From positions 1 to 59,304 of the forward strand of contig JAUCBJ010007838.1 in NCBI GenBank assembly GCA_032718475.1: a DNA stretch of 59,304 nt. The letters are read 5' to 3'. This stretch comes from Nemertoderma westbladi (lineage: Eukaryota > Animalia > Xenacoelomorpha). This document shows, one piece after another, positions 49,541 to 59,304 of this stretch; within the stretch, counting starts at the first letter, position 1, and the number at the start of each line of letters is the position of its first letter. A program made the position numbers and the translations under genes. The notes under the pieces were generated by a model. It was not told the origin of the DNA. It made no database searches and worked only from the letters and a program-made list of their open reading frames with translations.

Positions 49541-50212
49541 TAATAATGAACTAATAAAATATAATGAACTATTTAAAAAAAATATAAACACTAACAAAAT
49601 ATTGAATGGCATTGGGTGCAAGCATAAAAATAAACACTCTGTCTACTTTATATTGTATGTAAACATTGTTTACTTTATAAGATACAAAAGATATCAAAAA
49701 TTTACTTTATTGTCTAATATGTAATGTAAACATTGTCTAATTGATAAGATATAAAGGATAGCACAGTAGGGAACGTTGGACAACCATAAAGAACAATTTA
49801 CTTTAACTGTTGTATTTACTGTTGTAACATAAAAATTTAAGTAATATAAGAATTCGGGGTAAAAAGCAACAATAAAATATGGTTAGTACAAATGTAGTTA
49901 AAATAAAAGTACAAATGTTATTGGTCAACTAACTGGTTTATTTTCAGTTACAAATGTTATTGGTCAACTAACTGGTTTATTTTCAGTTACAAAATTTGTC
50001 GTGGCCTATTTGCAACAGAGATATATTTGAGGTGTAGAAGTCAAATTTTGCAATCTGCTTTGTGTGCATATATTTGAACTCACTCAGCAGTTTGAAATGT
50101 AATATAAATTTTCAATCTCTTATTTAATTGACGCATTCTATGACGGATTCTAAAAATAACCTACAACAATTTTACTATGACAATATATTGTACAAACGAA
50201 ACACCGCGGGTC

Positions 50213-50471
50213 AACATCTGTTCCACACTAACATCTGTTCCACACTAACATCTGTTCCACACTAACATCTGTTCCACACTAACATCTGTTCCACACTAAC
50301 ATCTGTTCCACACTAACATCTGTTCCACACTAACATCTGTTCCACACTAACATCTGTTCCACACTAACATCTGTTCCACACTAACATCTGTTCCACACTA
50401 ACATCTGTTCCACACTAACATCTGTTCCACACTAACATCTGTTCCACACTAACATCTGTTCCACACTAACA
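50213..50471. repeat. 17-bp perfect minisatellite (AACATCTGTTCCACACT), about 15 copies
   Basis: Direct periodicity. Confidence 0.97.
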
Positions 50472-51159
50472 GTTTTGCGTCTCGTGTAATAAACTTGTCA
50501 CGGCTTTCGGCGTCCTTACCCCCTCAAAAAACGTAAAAAATATCTTAGATATTTCATTCATTATCATTATCTTCATTAACATTCAAATTTCCCGCCAACA
50601 CTAATAATTTGATACATTCTTCACTCTGTCACCTATAAATACTGGACGTACTGCTATTTCATTAATTCATTGTGATGAATAGAATCTCACGGACATCAGA
50701 CTTTCTGCTCTGTGTCCACCAGCTACTGACTGCATCTGTCAGTAGCTACTTTATCCTATATCTGTTTCTAGCAGTCTCTTAGACACCCGTCTATGCGGCT
50801 GTATAAACGCCAGTATTTCTTTTGAACTGTGCGTGTGCGTTCCATTTTCATCACTACACTGCATGATTATTGTCATCCCTTTTTGGCTCATATCGCATTT
50901 AGTGACATGCCTGATTTAGGAAATAAATAAACTGAAGGTTTTATAATAAAGAATATTTATTTTAAAGGCCATTGGCAATTAACTTTTACATGCTCAGGTG
51001 ATGAAATTACGCCAAGCGCGCCAGCACGGTTAGAATACGGGCTGACGGGCGTTAGTATTACAGCCGCCAAATGAAGGTTTTACCGGCAAAGCCTCATAAA
51101 ATAACCAAAAGCGACCCAAACCGCTTTCCACTGTTTAGCCGGGACAAAACTTATGGAAT

Positions 51160-51238
51160 ATGTGGGGCGAGCCACGAAGTTGGCGGAGCCTTAGCGAATT
51201 GACACTGTTAGGGGGTGGGTCAATTTATGCAAATAGTT

Positions 51239-51277
<39 letters not shown>

Positions 51278-53053
51278 GTCGTCGTCGTTGTCGTCGTCGT
51301 CGTCGTTACGATTTTGACATGCTAATAACTTTGTCGGATTTAAAGCTGCCAAGTTGAAAATTTGTAGGTATCAATATGAGCAAAAGTTGAGATTTTTGAG
51401 AGACTTTCAGACACCATCAGTGCAATGGTCTCCCGCTAGAGGGCCACATGTCTAAACATTAAATGCCCTCCCATTTCTTTGCTTTTAATCCGTTTAAGCT
51501 GAAACTTGGCAGATATGTATTAGACCATTAGCTGTGACTTTCAAAGGAGGCGAATCCATCTGCAGTTCTCCAGTCTGCCGCTAGAGGGCCAAAGGTCTGA
51601 AAGTGAAATCGTTGTCGTCGTTACGATTTTGACATGCTAATAACTTTGTCGGATTTAAAGCTGCCAAGTTGGAAATTTGTAGGTATCAATATGAGCAAAA
51701 GTTGAGATTTTTGAGAGACTTTCAGACACCATCAGAGCAATAGTCTCCTGCTAGAGGGCCACATGTCTAAACGTTAAATGTCCTCCCATTTCTTTGCTTT
51801 TAATCCATTTATGCTGAAATTTGGCAGATATGTACTAGACCATTAGCTGTGACTTTGAAAGAAGGAATTGAATTGAATTGAATTGAAGGCTAATCCGTGT
51901 GCAGTTCTTCAGTCTGCCGCTAGAGGGCGAAATGTTTGAAAGTGAAATCTTTCTCCCATCTCGTTATTTATGATCCGTTCAAGCTGAAACGTAGCAGATA
52001 TGTAGTAGAAGTCGGCCTGAGTCTTTGGTGGGCAGTAAACGGTCTGGAGTCCTCCAGTCTGCCGCTAGAGGGCGAAATGTATAACTGTCCCCAATTCCTT
52101 GATATTAATTTATTTAAAGTGAATATTGGCATATGTACTAGAGCACATGCTGCGTCTTTCTGAGGAAGGTGGTCGATCTGCATTTCTCCAGTCTGCCGCT
52201 AGAGGTAAGCGGAAATTCAAGACGCTGGTCACACTACTAAACGCATTATTTCAACATTCTCAAATATACGCTCCATAAATATTTCACGTTACTATTTTAT
52301 TGATAATCAAGATATAAACCAAGCGGAATTGGGGTGTAAACGTTAAGCAGACACCTGGTGCAGACACCTGGTGCAGACACCTGGTGCAGACAACTGGTGC
52401 AGACACCTGGTGCAGACACCTGGTGCAGACACCTGGTGCAGACACCTGGTGCAGACACCTGGTGCAGACACCTGGTGCAGACACCTGGTGGGTGCAGACA
52501 CCTGGTGGGTGCAGACACCTGGTGCAGACACCTGGTGCAGACACCTGGTTCAGACACCTGGTGCAGACACCTGGTGCAGACACCTGGTGCAGACAGTTAG
52601 GCAGACCGGTACTGAAATGAATTACACAATAGCCTACATTCGCAGAAAAGCCTTTCTAGAATTATCACTTATGACTACTTATTTGCGTGCATTTTTCACT
52701 GGGATTGGCTGCGTGCGTGTCTAGCGTCGTCTCTTTGATTACGTTGAACCTATACGACGAAATTTCTGAAAGTGAGATCCGTCTCTCATTTCGTTATCCG
52801 TTATTCAAGATGAAACTTGGCCGATGTACGTATGTACTATTCATCCATAGGCTGTGTCTTTGTGGGGCTGGAGACCCTAATCCATCTTCAGTTCTCACTA
52901 TACCGCTAGAGTCAGAAATGTCTGAATAGAAATGAAAGAGGTAAAAAGTGATTAGGCGAAATCTGCTTAAAATTTGCTAATACAGTAATACTTTCGAATT
53001 AGTACTCAAATTAAATTTAAGTCACGTGCTGCGCGAAGGCCCCACTTCGTGTT
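51160..53053 (+). mobile_element. HINE/DINE-1-like element with a (TCG)n microsatellite, central tandem repeats and an inserted minisatellite
   Basis: 5' ATGTGGGGCGAGCCACG, (TCG)n at about 51240-51306, internal ~150/300-bp repeats, and 3' CACGTGCTGCGCGAAGGCCCCACTTCGTGTT with subterminal inverted GTGGGGC/GCCCCAC. Confidence 0.7.
52348..52594. repeat. 13-bp minisatellite (GCAGACACCTGGT)
   Basis: Direct periodicity. Explains the ORFs in 52284-52724. Confidence 0.97.
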
Positions 53054-53662
53054 GGATGAGAATGTTGTTTAATGCTCGAGATTTTCATGGTAATCCTTAT
53101 GTAAACTTATTTAAAAATTGTCTTGATTGTGCCATGAAGTCCAAAATGAATATTTTTAGTGATATACCAGTTAGACAAGTAGCCACTGCCCAGTTTACAT
53201 TCCGTCGGTATTTATATTAAATTTTACTTTTGTATCATTGTAATTTCAATTTTTACTTAATTAAATATCAGGTTCTTTGTTTTTAATATTTTCATATGAA
53301 GTGCACAGTATTTTTTATTATTTTTATTATTATTTATTTGTTTTTTTATATCATTGCATACATCGAAGTTTTTGCTGTATCGTTCTTAAAAGAAAAATGT
53401 TAATCATAACGAGCCAACTAAATTGTTGAATGTTTATTTTTTATTATTGCAATATGTAAAATTATCAACATTGTGGTTTTTACTTACAATCTACGTCGTA
53501 TCATTTTGAACCCCACTATCTGATTATTGTTTAAAGTACTTCGGTTTCTACCTACGAAATTGTTTTATACTTAATGCAATATATTAGAATACTTAATTAG
53601 GCCTAACTGCCTAATGTAGTTAATAATAAATAAATTAATCGCTGTGTTACTGGTGCCTGAAA

Positions 53663-56600
53663 TAATGGGACTACCCGTCCAGGTACCAGCTCGTAGAGTA
53701 CATTATGTGCATGGGTAATGGGACTACCCGTCCAGGTACCAGCTATACGTAGAGTACATTATGTGCATGGGTAATGGGACTACCCGTCCAGGTACCAGCT
53801 ATACGTAGAGTACATTATGTGCATGGGTAATGGGACTACCCGTCCAGGTACCAGCTACACGTAGAGTACATTATGTGCATGGGTAATGGGACTACCCGTC
53901 CAGGTACCAGCTCGTAGAGTACATTATGTGCATGGGTAATGGGACTACCCGTCCAGGTACCAGCTCGTAGAGTACATTATGTGCATGGGTAATGGGACTA
54001 CCCGTCCAGGTACCAGCTACACGTAGAGTACATTATGTGCATGGGTAATGGGACTACCCGTCCAGGTACCAGCTATACGTAGAGTACATTATGTGCATGG
54101 GTAATGGGACTACCCGTCCAGGTACCAGCTACACGTAGAGTACATTATGTGCATGGGTTATGGGACTACCCGTCCAGGTACCAGCTACACGTAGAGTACA
54201 TTACAGTATGTGCATGGGTAATGGGACTACCCGTCCAGGTACCAGCTATACGTAGAGTACATTATGTGCATGGGTAATGGGACTACCCGTCCAGGTACCA
54301 GCTACACGTTGAGTACATTATGTGCATGGGTAATGGGACTACCCGTCCAGGTACCAGCTACACGTAGAGTACATTATGTGCATGGGTAATGGGACTACCC
54401 GTCCAGGTACCAGCTACACGTAGAGTACAGTACATTATGTGCATGGGTAATGGGACTACCCGTCCAGGTACCAGCTACACGTAGAGTACAGTACATTATG
54501 TGCATGGGTAATGGGACTACCCGTCCAGGTACCAGCTCGTAGAGTACATTATGTGCATGGGTAATGGGACTACCCATCCAGGTACCAGCTATACGTAGAG
54601 TACAGTACATTATGTGCATGGGTAATGGGACTACCCGTCCAGGTACCAGCTACACGTAGAGTACATTATGTGCATGGGTAATGGGACTACCCGTCCAGGT
54701 ACCAGCTACACGTAGAGTACATTATGTGCATGGGTAATGGGACTACCCGTCCAGGTACCAGCTCGTAGAGTACATTATGTGCATGGGTAATGGGACTACC
54801 CGTCCAGGTACCAGCTCGTAGAGTACATTATGTGCATGGGTAATGGGACTACCCGTCCAGGTACCAGCTACACGTGAGTACATTATGTGCATGGGTAATG
54901 GGATTACCCGTCCAGGTACCAGCTATACGTAGAGTACATTATGTGCATGGGTAATGGGACTACCCGTCCAGGTACCAGCTACACGTAGAGTACATTATGT
55001 GCATGGGTAATGGGACTACCCGTCCAGGTACCAGCTACACGTAGAGTACATTATGTGCATGGGTAATGGGACTACCCGTCCAGGTACCAGCTACACGTAG
55101 AGTACATTATGTGCATGGGTAATGGGACTACCCGTCCAGGTACCAGCTACACGTAGAGTACATTATGTGCATGGGTAATGGGACTACCCGTCCAGGTACC
55201 AGCTACACGTAGAGTACATTATGTGCATGGGTAATGGGACTACCCGTCCAGGTACCAGCTACACGTAGAGTACATTATGTGCATGGGTAATGGGACTACC
55301 CGTCCAGGTACCAGCTACACGTAGAGTACATTATGTGCATGGGTAATGGGACTACCCGTCCAGGTACCAGCTACACGTAGAGTACATTATGTGCATGGGT
55401 AATGGGACTACCCGTCCAGGTACCAGCTACACGTAGAGTACATTATGTGCATGGGTAATGGGACTACCCGTCCAGGTACCAGCTACACGTAGAGTACATT
55501 ATGTGCATGGGTAATGGGACTACCCGTCCAGGTACCAGCTACACGTAGAGTACATTATGTGCATGGGTAATGGGACTACCCGTCCAGGTACCAGCTACAC
55601 GTAGAGTACATTATGTGCATGGGTAATGGGACTACCCGTCCAGGTACCAGCTACACGTAGAGTACATTATGTGCATGGGTAATGGGACTACCCGTCCAGG
55701 TACCAGCTACACGTAGAGTACATTATGTGCATGGGTAATGGGACTACCCGTCCAGGTACCAGCTACACGTAGAGTACATTATGTGCATGGGTAATGGGAC
55801 TACCCGTCCAGGTACCAGCTACACGTAGAGTACATTATGTGCATGGGTAATGGGACTACCCGTCCAGGTACCAGCTACACGTAGAGTACATTATGTGCAT
55901 GGGTAATGGGACTACCCGTCCAGGTACCAGCTACACGTAGAGTACATTATGTGCATGGGTAATGGGACTACCCGTCCAGGTACCAGCTACACGTAGAGTA
56001 CATTATGTGCATGGGTAATGGGACTACCCGTCCAGGTACCAGCTACACGTAGAGTACATTATGTGCATGGGTAATGGGACTACCCGTCCAGGTACCAGCT
56101 ACACGTAGAGTACATTATGTGCATGGGTAATGGGACTACCCGTCCAGGTACCAGCTACCGTAGAGTACATTATGTGCATGGGTAATGGGACTACCCGTCC
56201 AGGTACCAGCTACACGTAGAGTACATTATGTGCATGGGTAATGGGACTACCCGTCCAGGTACCAGCTACACGTAGAGTACATTATGTGCATGGGTAATGG
56301 GACTACCCGTCCAGGTACCAGCTACACGTAGAGTACATTATGTGCATGGGTAATGGGACTACCCGTCCAGGTACCAGCTACACGTAGAGTACATTATGTG
56401 CATGGGTAATGGGACTACCCGTCCAGGTACCAGCTACACGTAGAGTACATTATGTGCATGGGTAATGGGACTACCCGTCCAGGTACCAGCTACACGTAGA
56501 GTACATTATGTGCATGGGTAATGGGACTACCCGTCCAGGTACCAGCTACACGTAGAGTACATTATGTGCATGGGTAATGGGACTACCCGTCCAGGTACCA

Positions 56601-58924
56601 GCTACACGTAGAGTACATTATGTGCATGGGTAATGGGACTACCCGTCCAGGTACCAGCTACACGTAGAGTACATTATGTGCATGGGTAATGGGACTACCC
56701 GTCCAGGTACCAGCTACACGTAGAGTACATTATGTGCATGGGTAATGGGACTACCCGTCCAGGTACCAGCTACACGTAGAGTACATTATGTGCATGGGTA
56801 ATGGGACTACCCGTCCAGGTACCAGCTACACGTAGAGTACATTATGTGCATGGGTAATGGGACTACCCGTCCAGGTACCAGCTACACGTAGAGTACATTA
56901 TGTGCATGGGTAATGGGACTACCCGTCCAGGTACCAGCTACACGTAGAGTACATTATGTGCATGGGTAATGGGACTACCCGTCCAGGTACCAGCTACACG
57001 TAGAGTACATTATGTGCATGGGTAATGGGACTACCCGTCCAGGTACCAGCTACACGTAGAGTACATTATGTGCATGGGTAATGGGACTACCCGTCCAGGT
57101 ACCAGCTACACGTAGAGTACATTATGTGCATGGGTAATGGGACTACCCGTCCAGGTACCAGCTACACGTAGAGTACATTATGTGCATGGGTAATGGGACT
57201 ACCCGTCCAGGTACCAGCTACACGTAGAGTACATTATGTGCATGGGTAATGGGACTACCCGTCCAGGTACCAGCTACACGTAGAGTACATTATGTGCATG
57301 GGTAATGGGACTACCCGTCCAGGTACCAGCTACACGTAGAGTACATTATGTGCATGGGTAATGGGACTACCCGTCCAGGTACCAGCTACACGTAGAGTAC
57401 ATTATGTGCATGGGTAATGGGACTACCCGTCCAGGTACCAGCTACACGTAGAGTACATTATGTGCATGGGTAATGGGACTACCCGTCCAGGTACCAGCTA
57501 CACGTAGAGTACATTATGTGCATGGGTAATGGGACTACCCGTCCAGGTACCAGCTACACGTAGAGTACATTATGTGCATGGGTAATGGGACTACCCGTCC
57601 AGGTACCAGCTACACGTAGAGTACATTATGTGCATGGGTAATGGGACTACCCGTCCAGGTACCAGCTACACGTAGAGTACATTATGTGCATGGGTAATGG
57701 GACTACCCGTCCAGGTACCAGCTACACGTAGAGTACATTATGTGCATGGGTAATGGGACTACCCGTCCAGGTACCAGCTACACGTAGAGTACATTATGTG
57801 CATGGGTAATGGGACTACCCGTCCAGGTACCAGCTACACGTAGAGTACATTATGTGCATGGGTAATGGGACTACCCGTCCAGGTACCAGCTACACGTAGA
57901 GTACATTATGTGCATGGGTAATGGGACTACCCGTCCAGGTACCAGCTACACGTAGAGTACATTATGTGCATGGGTAATGGGACTACCCGTCCAGGTACCA
58001 GCTACACGTAGAGTACATTATGTGCATGGGTAATGGGACTACCCGTCCAGGTACCAGCTACACGTAGAGTACATTATGTGCATGGGTAATGGGACTACCC
58101 GTCCAGGTACCAGCTACACGTAGAGTACATTATGTGCATGGGTAATGGGACTACCCGTCCAGGTACCAGCTACACGTAGAGTACATTATGTGCATGGGTA
58201 ATGGGACTACCCGTCCAGGTACCAGCTACACGTAGAGTACATTATGTGCATGGGTAATGGGACTACCCGTCCAGGTACCAGCTACACGTAGAGTACATTA
58301 TGTGCATGGGTAATGGGACTACCCGTCCAGGTACCAGCTACACGTAGAGTACATTATGTGCATGGGTAATGGGACTACCCGTCCAGGTACCAGCTACACG
58401 TAGAGTACATTATGTGCATGGGTAATGGGACTACCCGTCCAGGTACCAGCTACACGTAGAGTACATTATGTGCATGGGTAATGGGACTACCCGTCCAGGT
58501 ACCAGCTACACGTAGAGTACATTATGTGCATGGGTAATGGGACTACCCGTCCAGGTACCAGCTACACGTAGAGTACATTATGTGCATGGGTAATGGGACT
58601 ACCCGTCCAGGTACCAGCTACACGTAGAGTACATTATGTGCATGGGTAATGGGACTACCCGTCCAGGTACCAGCTACACGTAGAGTACATTATGTGCATG
58701 GGTAATGGGACTACCCGTCCAGGTACCAGCTACACGTAGAGTACATTATGTGCATGGGTAATGGGACTACCCGTCCAGGTACCAGCTACACGTAGAGTAC
58801 ATTATGTGCATGGGTAATGGGACTACCCGTCCAGGTACCAGCTATACGTAGAGTACATTATGTGCATGGGTAATGGGACTACCCGTCCAGGTACCAGCTA
58901 CACGTAGAGTACATTATGTGCATG
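53663..58924. repeat. 56-bp satellite (GTAATGGGACTACCCGTCCAGGTACCAGCTACACGTAGAGTACATTATGTGCATGG), about 94 copies
   Basis: Period of 56 (54961 to 55017). Variants concentrate in the first ~1.3 kb. Confidence 0.98.
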
Positions 58925-59232
58925 CATATATTATATACAATAGTTATCAATTTATTTAGTACAAATTTGCTCTATATCTGTGTAGAAATTGTTAATAAAT
59001 CTTATCTTATCTTATCTTATCTTATCTTACCTATAATGTATGTAACTTACCTGCAGTACTTAATAAAATAAATATACGCATATGCGTAGAATCCTTATAG
59101 ATTTGCCAGTTCATTGTGTTTTATAAGAATTTATGTGCTGTATGTATTAATTTTATTTGCATTTGGCGTATTAAACTAAACTAAACTAAACTATATCTGG
59201 CAGTATGGCATATAACTAAACCTGGCAGCTCA

Positions 59233-59304
59233 ATGTGGGGCGAGACACGTAGTCGGCGAGCCTTTGCATACGGTTCATATAGGGCAAATGGGGCATGTCC
59301 GTCT
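59233..59304 (+). mobile_element. 5' end of another HINE-like element, cut by the window end
   Basis: ATGTGGGGCGAGACACG..ATAGGGCAAA..ATGTCCGTCT parallels the 5' end of the 19085-19411 element. Confidence 0.65.

Noticed and set aside
51160-51357. Poly-Arg protamine-like ORF
   Set aside because: Translation of the (TCG)n microsatellite inside the HINE-like element.

Overview
AT-rich, repeat-dense eukaryotic DNA, most likely from a bilaterian invertebrate (inferred from spliced HERC1 and CFAP95-like exons, GalEa and CRE retroelements, and CTCF-type motifs). Host genes: two CFAP95/C9orf135-like exons, a TMEM272-like four-TM gene split by a TIR insertion, an intronless VPS29, and the first two coding exons of HERC1. 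No third HERC1 exon was found in the remaining 27 kb. That interval holds a 36-bp satellite, an internally deleted GalEa-type Ty1/copia element, a CRE-clade RLE non-LTR element plus a second CRE 3' fragment, a CR1-group LINE with an intact ORF2, MITEs, Helentron-associated (HINE/DINE-1-like) elements and a 56-bp satellite. Most long ORFs in the supplied track are satellite artefacts. The best leads are: (1) a TIR element whose GT/AG splicing would exactly restore the host ORF (Introner-like); (2) two different CRE elements in one TACTGTA/TACAGTA microsatellite; (3) an in-phase G_GGA_AAC -1 frameshift signal joining LINE ORF1 to an ATG-less ORF2; (4) a HINE carrying a roughly nucleosome-spaced array of extended CTCF motifs; (5) paralog-level evidence that the ubiquitous TACAGTA/TAGGCCTA/TACCGGTA words arise by insertion at TA sites, like transposon excision footprints. 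All family assignments come from motif recognition by eye, not from database searches.
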